Source of the DNA: Balamuthia mandrillaris | Taxonomy: Eukaryota | Length of the DNA: 64,000 nucleotides | Reading direction: 5' to 3' | Assembly: GCA_031835245.2 (NCBI GenBank) | Contig: JAVKOQ020000047.1 | Coordinates: forward strand, 62,001 to 126,000 | In this document: positions 47,990 to 59,607 of the stretch, piece by piece | Layout of the letters: every line of letters begins with the position of its first letter | Position numbering within the stretch: the first letter of the stretch is position 1 | Notes under the pieces: generated by a model | The model's input: the letters and a program-made list of their open reading frames with translations, nothing else | Database searches by the model: none | What the model was told of the DNA's origin: nothing | Program-made: the position numbers and the translations under genes

Positions 47990-48957
47990 CCTCTCTCTCT
48001 CGTTGAGTGTAGTTTTGCTGCGGAGTACGCGTGAGTGAGTGCTCTCTTTTGTGGTTTTTTTCACCTTGCAAACCATTAAAGACATCACCACTGCAAAAGG
48101 CGGGAAAGGGCTGAGGGAGACATGCATGTGGCAGGCTGGCATTGGCTGGACTCCGAAATTTCACCCGCTCTACGTGGCAACTTGGCTGAGGGGCTCTCTG
48201 GTGACGTCGTCACCTTCGAAATTTCCTCTCCGGAGTTTAATCACGAAATTTCAACAAAAATTGAACAACCCATTAAAATATTAATAGTTACCTTATTTGT
48301 GTCGGTAAGATATCTCCGCGGCTACAATCTTTCTTTTTCTCGTGGGTGGATCACATGCCGCGTGCTAGTTGTATGCACCAGATGCTTGTCTGGTCGCTGT
48401 AACCCCCCGGAAAATGAGTTGTAGACCATCCTCATCGGGGGGAGGGCCTTGCAGGCTGTTTGGGCGCCTGGGATAAACGGGGGAGGCAGCGAACCCCAGT
48501 TACTATTGACTGAAATGAAAGGAATGGCAAAGGGAAAATTAGTGTCGACGGACCGTATTCGGAGCGAACCGTTGCGCGCTGGTCTCACATGATCACAAAA
48601 GAGAAAGCGGAAGAAGAACCAAGAAACAAATAAAATGTCGGGAATGGAATAAACAGGTAACCGAGCCGTCAATGTTGTCAAACTCTCTCCTTTGAAGGCG
48701 GGGCTGGTCTGGGGGCGTTTCGCTGAACGTTGAAAAAAATAAAGTAAGAGCTGGGAAGACTGTCTGTTTCATGATAGACCAGCAATTGAACGTCGGGAAG
48801 CAGCATCTGTTCTTTCGCCAATACAATTATTAGTGCGATACCTCTTGTGGAGAGAATCAGACAAAGTCACCAGCAAAAACTATAAAATGAAAACGAAAAA
48901 CGCCCTTTCGCTCCTTCTCATCACAAAGACAACAAACGCAAAGACAAAGAAACAACA

Positions 48958-50365
48958 ATGAAAACCTTTACACTGCTCTTCCAACTGGCCGCGGTGCTGT
49001 TGCTGCTCCTGGCCCCTTCTTTCACCTCTGCGCATGTTCCCATGGCCATCGCCGAAGATGCGGAGCTTGAAGAGAGAGAAGAAGGCTTGACCTGGGCCGA
49101 CGTCGATATCGACATCGACGAGACTGGCATTGAGGACCTGCACGTCATCGAGTTCAACACCACCTCTCGCAAGGTTCTTGCCAAGGAGGAGGTCGAGGAG
49201 CTCATCCGTCAGGGTGTCTCCTTTGTGGACGTGACCCAGCACGAGGACCTTCGAGCCACCGCCGCTCCGGCCACGCCTCGCATCCCTTCCTCTCCCTCCC
49301 GCCAGTCCTTGGTTAACTCCTTCCTCCCTCAGTTGAGCACCCGCAACATCGAGGCCACCATCAGCAGGCTGTCCAGCTATTACACTCGCTATTACACCAC
49401 ATCCTCCGGAGAGAGCGCTGCCAGGTATCTCTATGAGAGATTCAGGGCCTACGCCAGGGCTCACAGCGAAGGCAGGGCCGAGGTGGAGCTCTTCCGTCAC
49501 AGCTGGAGGCAACCTTCCGTGATTGCTCGCATTCGTGGCTCTGGTAACTTTTCTTTCCTGTGTTTATGAGTTTAGGTGTTGAGGTTGTTTGTTGACTTGG
49601 CACTTTGATAAAGGATCCGCAGCAAATGAAGTGGTCATTGTTGGTGCTCACGAGGATTCTGTAAGCTCCCCAAGGACCAGCCGCGCTCCTGGTGCCGATG
49701 ACGATGGTTTGTTAAACAACACGCCTCTCCCGTCAAATAGAAAGAAAGAACATGCACTAACGGACGGCCTTTCATCCTTCCTCTTTTTCAGCCAGTGGTA
49801 TCGCCACCATCTTGGAGCTCTTCCGCATCTTGACTTCGGAGAACTACACCCCTGAACGCACTCTTGAGTTCCACTGCGTACGTCTGCTCATCTTTTCTTA
49901 TTCATTCGAGCACTTTGCTTATCTCTCTTTTACCAGTATGCTGCCGAAGAGGCTGGACTTCGTGGCTCTCAGGCCATCGCTGCCTCCTACCAATCCCGAC
50001 GCGTGGTCGTGGCCGGCATGATGCAGCTCGACATGACGAGCTACCGCCGCTCCGGCACCACCGCCAGCATCGCCCTCGTGCAGGACAATGTCCACTCGGG
50101 CCTCACCAACTTTGTGAAGCAGCTGGTGAGGAGCTACGCCAGGATCCCCTACACCACCACCACCTGCGGCTATGGCTGTAGCGACCATGCCAGCTGGACC
50201 AGGGCTGGCTACGCTGCCGTCTTCCCCTTCGAGAGCTCCATGAGCAGGCTGAACCCTAACATCCACAGCTCCAGGGACACGCTGGCCAGGCTGGACCTGG
50301 ACCACGGTTTGGAGTTTGCACGTGTGGCCATGGGCTTCCTTGTGGAACTCAGTTTTGATAATTAG
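48958..50365 (+). CDS. Secreted M28 leucine aminopeptidase, multi-exon
   Basis: Signal peptide; QPSVIARI, VIVGAHEDS, APGADDD, YAAEEAGLRGS, MMQLDMT, CGYGCSDHASW. Confidence 0.93.
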
Positions 50366-50781
50366 AGAGATCTTTTGTGCATGTGTGTGTGTATGTGTGT
50401 GTGTGCATAGGGAGGGAAGTAAGAGCAATGTACATAGTAAACTTGCGAACCGAAAATAAAAAAGAAGAGTAACGTATTTGACTCTCTTAGCGGCAGGCTG
50501 GCTGAGGTTTTGTGGCGAGGCTTCTCTCTGTTCCCTGCGTAGATCGTTTTTCTTGGGTGTTTGAAAAATTGTCCGCATTTATTTATGTATGAATTGCGAT
50601 TGGCCGCATTGCGCAAGGCTACGATCTACTCGTGACGTCAGGAGGGCAGCCAAGTTTCACCCAAAAAAAAATAAAATAATCAACTAAACGAAAGGAAAAG
50701 GCGAACAAGTCCACGGAAGAAAGCTGTTTTACGGCCTCTGTTGGTTCGGGGTGCCAACGCGTGGAGCGAGCGAGTAGCACA

Positions 50782-51785
50782 ATGTGGAGCTCCTTGTTTT
50801 TCTATGTACTGTTACCCCTTGCTTTGTTGGCCGGTGCCTATTTCAAGGTGTGTTCTCTCTCTTTTGTGTGTTACTCTCTTCTGCTACTTTTTTACTCATC
50901 TTCAACCCTTTTTTTTTTTGATTGGATGTGAAGTGGTTCCGTCGTTATTCTTCCAAAAGCAAGGACCGCACCACCAATGCAGGGCGAGGCAGACGGAGCA
51001 AGGTACCCCCGCTCACCGTAACCGAGTGCGAGGCCGGCCAGCTCCCCGAGGAGCTTCGCCGACAGGTGTGGCGCCTCTTCAAGCAAAACTTTGTCAACGA
51101 GCACAAAAACTTTCAGTCCTTTGATGAGTACCTCCGCAGCCGCCTCATCCTGCTCTTCCGGGACACCACCCCGCAGAGAGGGGTGCAGGGTTTCATCCTC
51201 CTCTCCGTCACTGACCACATGATAGAGGGCTGGAAGGTGGGCGTCATCATGGGTGATTTTTTCGCCCTCAACGGGGAGTACAGGGGATCCAGCGTGCCGA
51301 TCTTTGCCCTCCTGAAGTTTTGCGTGAAGACCAAGCTGCGCCACCCCTTCAAGCTCATGTATTACTTTTTTGTAACCTACAGCTACAAGAGCTATCTCAG
51401 CTTCAGCCGCTCTATGGGAGAGTTCTATCCACGACACTCGGTGAGGACTCCTGCGTGGGAGAACAAGGTGCTGAAATACCTGGGAACTCTCAGCGCAGGG
51501 GATTGGGGACGGTACAACCCGGAGAGGTATGTCATAGAGGACTGCGACCCAGGTAGGCAAGGGCAGCTGTCGGACCTGGCTCGCTCTCGGCCGCGTGACC
51601 TCAGCACCACTTGCGTTTGGTTCTCCAAACAGAATCCAAACTTTGCCAAGGGGGATTGCCTTTGTGTGCTGTGTTGCGTGGGGTTGAAGAACATCCTTGC
51701 TGGAGCGAAGAACAGTCTTATTAGGGCGTTAGGGCTTGCTAGCAAGAAGAGGAGAAGAATGCAACAAACCAAAGCTGTACGTTTA

Positions 51786-51827
<42 letters not shown>

Positions 51828-51978
51828 TAACATTAACAGATTTTGATGAACGACAATTGAACAGAAAATACAATTGGATAAGACGTCTCGTGCTCCCGTA
51901 GCGTTTGGCATCCGTGAAACTAGGGAAGAATTCCTTGCAAAGGTTTGTACTTTATCATCTGTTATTACGAACGCTCAT

Positions 51979-52015
<37 letters not shown>

Positions 52016-53893
52016 CTCTCTGAAATGTGAATATAAAAGAGAGTAGAAACCCAGCAACCGTTTAGAGTTCAAGTGGATGAAGAGGAACTGAGCGACCTGT
52101 TTGACCATAGACTAGAACGAGCTCGTTTCCCTGACCAGCTGGAAATGCAAGACGAAGAGGAAGAAGGAGCGGAAAACAAAAACGAGGAAGAGGAGGAAGA
52201 GGAGAAAAGACAAGCAGCAAACAAACGAAAAAAGAGCGAGGCTCAAGACGAGAGCAACGAGAAAAAGACTCTAGATAAGTGGAGGTACGGCTCCGAACTG
52301 GGATACATGAAAGAGCTGGTGGAGTATTGGCTCAACGACTACGACTGGACCAAACATGAGGCGTTGCTCAACAAGTACCCACAATACACAATGGAGATCA
52401 ATGGCAAGCGCATTCATTACCTTCATATAAAGTCCAAAGAGAAGAAGGCGCTGCCGTTGGTGTTGGTACACGGTTGGCCTGGCTCCTACTTTGAGTTCTT
52501 CAAGGTCATCGACATGCTAGTGGATCCTGTTAATCATGGCGCCAACGCTGAGCAAGCCTTTCACGTCATCATCCCGTCTATCCCAGGTTTGCTTTCTTTC
52601 TTCTTGTTTCTCTGTTGTTTTCTATTTATGTTTATTTTATTGTTTCTGTTTGTATAGGATATGGCTGGTCGGAGGCGCCAAAAGAGCCTGGCTATGACGT
52701 AAAAGCGGTGGCAAAAGACTTTACAGAGCTCATGGAGGCATTGGGGTACAAACATTACGTTGCTCAAGGCGGTGACTGGGGTCATCTTATCTGCGCCTAC
52801 ATGGCCCTGGTTGACCCTCATCACTGCCTTGGTATCCATATTAACATGGTTTGTTTTTTTTTTTTCAGTCTTTTCTTCGTTATGTTCTTGTTCCCCCTTC
52901 ATTTCTTTCTTGTTTCTGCTTCTTGCTTTGAAATACTTATTTAGATTCTTCAAAGGTGGCATTTTGGGAGCCACAAGACTTTTGGACCAAAGCCATGATC
53001 ACATTCGATGTTATATTACAGCGATGGCGGTTGAGCCCAGAGGAAAGGAAGTGGTTTGCGTTTGTGGAGGAGTTTACCGAAACGGAACTGGGCTACATGT
53101 CTTTGCAGCGGACCAAGCCCCAAACCATTGGTTATTCTCTCACCGATTCACCAGGTATTTACACATCCCTTGACATTCTCGGAACATAAAACAAAAAAAA
53201 AAGAGTAGCAGCTACTCGATACGTCTTTCTATCTTTTTTCTTCATTTCTCTTCTCACACCCGCAAATAGTGGGATTGGCGGCTTGGATCATTGAAAAGTT
53301 TCGAACATGGAGCGACTGTAACGGTGACTTGGAATCACGTTTCAGGTATTTGTGCTTGTTCTTCGTGTTCTTCTTGTTCTTGTTCTTGTTCTTGTTCTTG
53401 TTCTTGTTCTTGTTCTTGTTCTTCTTGTTCTTCTTGTTCTTCTTGTTCTTCTTGTTCTTCTTCTTCTTCTTCTTCTTCTTCTTCTTTTCTATTCTATTCT
53501 ATTCTATTCTATTCCCCATTCTAACATTATATAAAAACAATAACCAGCAAAGATGAGTTATTGACCAACATAATGATCTACTGGCTAAGCAAAAGCGGAG
53601 CCTCCTCCGCCCGTCTCTACTACGAAACCGCCAAGCGAGGTCGGCTGGCACCCCCTCAGTTCAAGGTGTGGACGCCCACGGCCGTTGCCATCTATCCCAA
53701 AGAGATCCTGCGGCCTCCCAGGCGCTGGGCGCAGCACTTTTACAACGTCAAGCGGTGGACGGTCATGCGGAGCGGCGGGCACTTTGCGGCGTGGGAGGAG
53801 CCGGAGAGCCTGGTCAAGGACCTCAGAGCGTTCTTTTATGATGACCTGCGTTTGCATCAAATGGATCTCTCTGGTGACTTTGGCTTTTGGTAA
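50782..53893 (+). CDS. N-terminal TM + GNAT-like domain fused to microsomal epoxide hydrolase, multi-exon
   Basis: Phase-0 splice path links MWSSLFFYVLLPLALLAGAYFK | 50934-51776 | KIQLDK...FLAK | RVETQQPFRVQVDEEELSDL. mEH motifs: LVHGWPGS, AQGGDWG, TKPQTIG, GGHFAAWEEP. Confidence 0.75.
53356..53511. repeat. Compound (TTCTTG)n/(TTC)n/(ATTCT)n intronic microsatellite
   Basis: Direct inspection. Similar tracts at ~55596-55800, ~58950-59065 and ~61815-62020. Confidence 0.9.
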
Positions 53894-53993
53894 GAGAAAA
53901 GTGGAGAGAACAAGCAGATGAAATACAAAAAAATAAAGCTTCAGTGGTAGATCCTCCAAAGTACTTTTTTTTCTCCTTCTTCACAAATCTTAT

Positions 53994-54254
53994 TTATGCC
54001 AATGCAGCTTTGATAGCAGCTCTGATCTGGTCTCTCTTTTCGCTGGTGTCAGGAGCACCTCCTCCCCAGGAGAGCAAAGGGGCATCTCGAGGCAGCTGCC
54101 CGTCCTTCATGATCTTCACCTCGAACTTGTCCAAACCGTTGGCAAGGGCTGGTTGTTCATCGAACTCGGCTTGAGGGAACTCGCGCTTCAGCTGGTCCAG
54201 CAGCTCTGTGGCCAGAGGGATGTGCTGTTGGGTGGCTCCAATGAATACTTTCAT
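53994..54254 (-). CDS. Small Rdx (SelW/SelT-like) fold protein lacking Cys/Sec
   Basis: Pattern ATELLDQLKREFP...KFEVKI...LLSW...AP...IRAAI resembles the Rdx family; the protein has no Cys. Confidence 0.45.
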   Translation of the reverse strand: MKVFIGATQQHIPLATELLDQLKREFPQAEFDEQPALANGLDKFEVKIMKDGQLPRDAPLLSWGGGAPDTSEKRDQIRAAIKAALA

Positions 54255-54532
54255 CCTTCTTTCGCTGTGTTGTTGTTCCTCTTTTCTTTTTTTTGTTTGG
54301 CTGTTTTCTCTCTCTTTCGTGTTTCACCTGTGTCTACAAAAATAGTTTCGCGTTCTCTCTTCTCTCCTCGCTCTATCCTCTCTCTTAACCTCTCTCTTAT
54401 CCTATCTCATATCCGAGCTCATATCCGATCTCTTGTCCTTGCTCATATCCTCTCTCCTGTACTCTCTCCTGTCCTTCGTAGGGGAAGGAAAAAGCAAAGG
54501 GGGTGAGTTTGGTTAACAGGCATAATAATATA

Positions 54533-56048
54533 TCACAAAAGACCAAGTTCTCTGATGGCACGGAATTGGTCGGGTATCTCCATCAAAGCGTCGATGGCAA
54601 AAGTGACCTCCGAATAAGAGGACTTGTTAAAGTCCACGAATTGAAACTACAAAAGAGAATCTGTGAATCCACAAAGGGAGAGAGAGAGAGAGAGAGAGAG
54701 AGAAGAAAGAGAAAGTAAACAGTGTCACGCACGTTATCAAATCTGCGAGCAGGTAACTTGTCATCCTGCAAAATACAATTAAAAAAGGATTACAAAACGA
54801 ATACAAAAGAGATGAAGAAAACAAGCAAAGACAGAGCCAATACGTACAAACTCTTGCATCATATCCCATGGCCCATCGCCAACCCCTTTTTATTTTGCAT
54901 TGTTAGATTCATACAGAAGCGAGAGAGAGAGAGAGAGAACAGTACCAATGACAATGATGGAGAGAGGATAGTTTGTGGCCTCCACAATGGCACTAATGGT
55001 TTCTCTTTCGTTGGTAACTTGCCCATCAGCTACTATCACTAGAATGTGATACTGCTCGAAAAATAGCACATAATCGAAAAGTTAGTGATTCAAAAGCAGA
55101 GCATAAAGTTGGTAAAAAATAGAAGAAGAAGAAGAAGAAGAAGAAGAAGAAGAAGAAGAAGAAGAAAACCTCTTGTCTTTCTCGGACTACTCGAATGGCT
55201 TCTTTTATCTAATTGCGAAAACCGAAATGAGATAACTAGAGGAGTGAGAGTGAGAGAGAGAGAGAGAGAGAGAGTACAATAGGAGCAAAAGAAGTGGGTC
55301 CACTCAAGATAACGTGTGGAGTGATTTCGTTGTACCGCTGAAGTACCTCGGAGACGCCATAACAAGGTCGTCCATCTGCAAAGAATGGAAACACCGCCTT
55401 GTCCTTTGTTGTTATATCTCCTGTTGTTCGAAAAAAAAACCTGCATGAATTACGAAGACGAGGCGAATAGAAAAGAGGGAAGATTGAAACCAAAGCCAAA
55501 TGCAGGGATAAGGTGGTCTTCATCGAATGGCTACCAACATAAAGAAACAAAAACAAGACGTTATAGGAAGCAACACAACGAAAAAAAAAAAGCTCAAACA
55601 AGAAGAAGAAGAAGAAGAAGAAGAAGAAGAAGAAGAAGAAGAAGAAGAAGAAGAACAAGAAGAAGAACAAGAAGAAGAACAAGAACAAGAACAACAAGAA
55701 CAAGAACAAGAACAAGAACAAGAACAAGAACAAGAAGGAGGAGGAGGAGTAGGAGAAGAAGAGCAAGAATGAGAACAAGAAGAAGAAGAACAACAAGAAC
55801 AAGATATACCTCGAGTGTGCGACCCACAATGTCAATGCAGCGTTGATAAGGGTTCAGCTCGCTGCCCAACGCATGCAAAGACCTGCCGCCAAAGGTGTTT
55901 CGTCCATTGTACTCGTTCGACTTTGTATAGTCGATAGCTGCATTCATTCATTCACACCCAAAAAAAAACATAAATATAAGAGAGAGAGAGAGAAACGACG
56001 AAAGAAGAGCCAAGAGAAAGCGAGGAGAGGAGAAAAAATAGAAACAAC

Positions 56049-56079
<31 letters not shown>

Positions 56080-56435
56080 TGAGAGAAACCGATAATGAGG
56101 TTGGAGCTTTCCAGACCGGCCTTCCGTAATGCCTCTTGCACTTCTTCAATGCTTTCAAACTTATCCCCTAACAACAAACGAACGTTTAACGAAGAGAACC
56201 AGAGAGAGAGAGAATCAGAGAGAGAGGAGTGTAACGTACGAATGGCAGAGAAACCAGAAGCAAAGGAAGAAGAAGACGAAGACGACGACGAGTGTGGTGC
56301 CACTGGTTGTGGTTGTTGTTGAGCAACCTCTCCTGGCAGGCCTTTCTTGTAGAAAGAGGCTATGATGGTGGAGCCCAACACGATGCAGATCAGCACCACC
56401 ACCACGAACAACAGGAGCAGCTCTTCGGGTTCCAT
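54533..56435 (-). CDS. Second copine-type VWA protein (paralog of 46669-47989), multi-exon
   Basis: [94 protein letters not shown]. Confidence 0.9.
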
Positions 56436-56677
56436 TTCTTTCTTCACTTCTTTCTTTCAACGAAAAAAAAAGAACCGTTGCAAACCTGCACAGGAAGAGC
56501 CCAATTTGACCAGCAGTTTGCTGCTGTGCACAAACGTTGACCTATTCCTTCTCTTTTTGTTCTCGTTTTGTTCTCGATTTGTGGAATTATCAACTTTTCT
56601 TCGCAATAATCGAATGATTATCGTGAAAAAATTGGATAAAAGAAAAAGAAGAAGAAGAAAAGAAGAGAGAGAGAGAG

Positions 56678-57997
56678 ATGGAGCGGCTTCGCGCTTGGAC
56701 CGGAGGACAGCTCACCCGCTTTGGCCTTGGAGGGCAAAGCAACCAGGGAGTGGGGGAGGAAGGCAAAGATGCCGCCGCTGCCAACAACACCGTGGCGCTC
56801 AACGCCGATGAGTGCCCCATCTGCACCGAAAAGCTCTACCACCAACCCCCACAAAACGAAACCGCCACTCACCACAAAGCCAGCTCTTCTGCTGCCTCTT
56901 CCTCTGCCTCACAAGGAGAAGGCGAAGAGGAAGCAGCGGCAGCAGCCACAAACACTCCCGCTGAGGGCAGCACTACTAATGATAATGTGCAGGTGCTCGC
57001 CTTGCCCTGCAACCCCCGGCACGTCTTTCACCTGAGCTGCATACGGCGGTGGGCCGAGGTGAACCCCACCTGCCCCTTGGACCGAAGCCCCATCCCACCA
57101 GAGGCCCTCATCCCCCGTTTCCACCGCCCCTGGAACCGTGGCCGCCTCTACGCCTCCTTCTTTGCGGAGGCCGTCATAGAGGGCACGTTCTACTACCTCT
57201 GGTGGCAGCACATCTGGAAGGAGCCCTCGGTGTTCCTCTCCCGCCTCACCATCGACACGTTCAGCCATTTGATAGCCTCCCTCTTGGACAACCAGGTCTA
57301 CGGAGGGGATGAGAATGATGCCAACAGACCCCCACAAAGACAGCTGCTGCTGCAGCACCACCATGAGGAGGAGGAAGAGGAGGAGGAGGATGAGAGTGAC
57401 CTTGATGTTAGCAGTGATGAGGATGAGAGCGAGGATGATGGGGAAGAGGAGGAGGAAGAGGACATGAGGATGAGGAATCATAGAAGGAGGTTACGGGCGT
57501 TGCAACGACAATTGAGCGACATGGAGGAGCGACAGCAGCGGAACGACGGTAGCAATAGAGGAAACGAAGGGCAAAGAAGACAAGATGAAGAAGATGTGGC
57601 AGAAGAAGAACAAGAACAACAACATGATTCAGCTCACACCGGAGTCTTGCACCGAGTTCGTCCGGCTCTCTTCAGCGTCAGTGAATACGCCCTCAACTGC
57701 ATGCTGACCTTCTGCTTCTCCAGCAACAACTTCCAGCGGACAATCCAGTTCGTCTTCAGGCAGCACCTCGAGACCTACTCCCACCGGCTCTTCACCAAGA
57801 CGCTTCACCTCTGCAACACTGGCTATGACTATGCCACTGCCAGGAGCATCGTCAAGGTGGATCCTTTCCTGTGGCTCAGCGGAACGGTGGTCGGCGTGTT
57901 CGTGGTGGGAGGCTTTGCCAGAAGCCTCTCCGACTCTCTCTCCCACAAGGCCTCCCTGTTTTTGCTCTCCAGCAAGCCCTGGTCTCTTGTCTTTTAA
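56678..57997 (+). CDS. RING-H2 finger protein with C-terminal hydrophobic segment (putative E3 ligase)
   Basis: CPIC...(insert)...LPCNPRHVFHLSCIRRWAEVNPTCPLDR. Confidence 0.8.
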   Translation: MERLRAWTGGQLTRFGLGGQSNQGVGEEGKDAAAANNTVALNADECPICTEKLYHQPPQNETATHHKASSSAASSSASQGEGEEEAAAAATNTPAEGSTTNDNVQVLALPCNPRHVFHLSCIRRWAEVNPTCPLDRSPIPPEALIPRFHRPWNRGRLYASFFAEAVIEGTFYYLWWQHIWKEPSVFLSRLTIDTFSHLIASLLDNQVYGGDENDANRPPQRQLLLQHHHEEEEEEEEDESDLDVSSDEDESEDDGEEEEEEDMRMRNHRRRLRALQRQLSDMEERQQRNDGSNRGNEGQRRQDEEDVAEEEQEQQHDSAHTGVLHRVRPALFSVSEYALNCMLTFCFSSNNFQRTIQFVFRQHLETYSHRLFTKTLHLCNTGYDYATARSIVKVDPFLWLSGTVVGVFVVGGFARSLSDSLSHKASLFLLSSKPWSLVF

Positions 57998-58486
57998 AAA
58001 AACGTGCCGCACACATCAAAAATTGTTATTTTATAAAAAAAAGTCATACTAGACATGAGAGAGGACATGAGATAGATCACAACTTTAGATCAATATGATG
58101 ACGTGTCTTGTTTGCGATCTGCAGCGACCCCTCATCCTGTTTCCTAGCAACCTATTAAATTAATTAAAATTAATTATTAACTTTTCTTCTAATTAGGGAA
58201 ACTTCAAACTTTTCACGACAAGCCCAAAGAAAATTCGGGTGCTGGTTGTGGCCGGAAAGGCAGCCGAGAAAGGGAAAGAACACGCAACCTTCCCAAGAAA
58301 AGCAAAGGAAGCTGGACGCTCTGCCACCATCCTCTTCTTCTTCTTCTTCTTCTTCTCCTCTTCTACTTATTACCTCCTTGTATTGGCACTTCATATATTC
58401 TTCTTTCTTTTTTTTCTTTTTGTAAAAAGTGTAATATTTGTTTTCGAGTCTCACGAGGAACAACAGAGAGGAGGTGGTTTAAAAAA

Positions 58487-58662
58487 ATGATAGAGGCAAG
58501 TGTGTTTCGCTATGCATGGAGGATACTTGGGGGAGTGTGCATGTTGACCGTGTTGGCAGTGTGCGGCTTTGGGTTCACGCTGACGGACAGCGGGTGGAGT
58601 TACTCGGAGGGATGTCACTATGGCTGGCTCCGAGGCTCATGCGATGGAGAAGTGGTAAACAT

Positions 58663-58700
<38 letters not shown>

Positions 58701-59536
58701 CACGCTTCGTCTGAGGAACACAAGCTGACTGTCCTGTTGGCTCTACTGAAAAAAAAAAAAAGGTGGAGTTGGATGGTAAAGCAAAGGAGTCAGGCATTGT
58801 TGCCATTACCACCTCGTCAGTGAGCATCGCTCTGGTGGGCCTCGCGCTGCTCTTCCAAAACTGTGGAGGCTTCTACCGAAAACAACCGTTTGCACTCATT
58901 CTGATTTCTTTGGCCTGGTTTGTATCTTGGCACTCTTTCTTTATCTTTCTGTTCTGCTTCTGCTTCTTCTTCTTCTTGTTCTTCTTCTTCTTCTTGTTCT
59001 TCTTCTTCTTCTTGTTCTTCTTCTTGTTCTTCTTGTTCTTCTTCTTCTTCTTCTTCTTCTTCTTCTCCCTCTCAAGCTCTCTCCTTCTTCCTTTCTCTCT
59101 CGTGTGCTTTCTTTCCTTTGTTCTAAAATGCAAAAAAAACAATAGGTTCATCCATACTGTCTCCGCTATCGTCTTCTTCGCGTTAGTGCTCTCCATTTGG
59201 AAGGATGGCGGCCAACAGCCAAGAGTAGGGTGGTTCGGTTGGATTTGGATGGCGACCGGCTGTTTGGTGTTGCTGGTGGGCAGATGGGCAGCCTCAAGAG
59301 AGTTTCTACGTGTCCAGAAGAAAGACTTCATCATTCCAGCGATTGTCAACGAGAGCAGCTGCTTGCTCTCCGCTGCGCATAACAAAAGGACCACAAAGAC
59401 GTTTTGTGGAGATGAGCTCGTGGAGAAGGGTAAAACCGTGGCGGAGAAGAAGAAGAAACTGTTGGATATTGAGAGCGCAATAGTGGTGGAGATGAACGAA
59501 GAGATTTTGACTGATAGTGATGAAGACCGGATTTAG
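58487..59536 (+). CDS. Four-TM membrane protein (claudin-like topology), multi-exon
   Basis: Four hydrophobic segments; W..GC.YGW..GSC extracellular loop. Confidence 0.5.
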
Positions 59537-59607
59537 AGTGTTGAATGTAATGTTTTGATCATCGTTTTGTTGTGCATAGCTTTTCTTCTGTTGTTGAAGC
59601 GAAATAA

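Noticed and set aside
48476..48492. acgggggaggcagc resembling a 16S rRNA conserved motif
   Set aside because: Short imperfect match; the flanks show no rRNA similarity.
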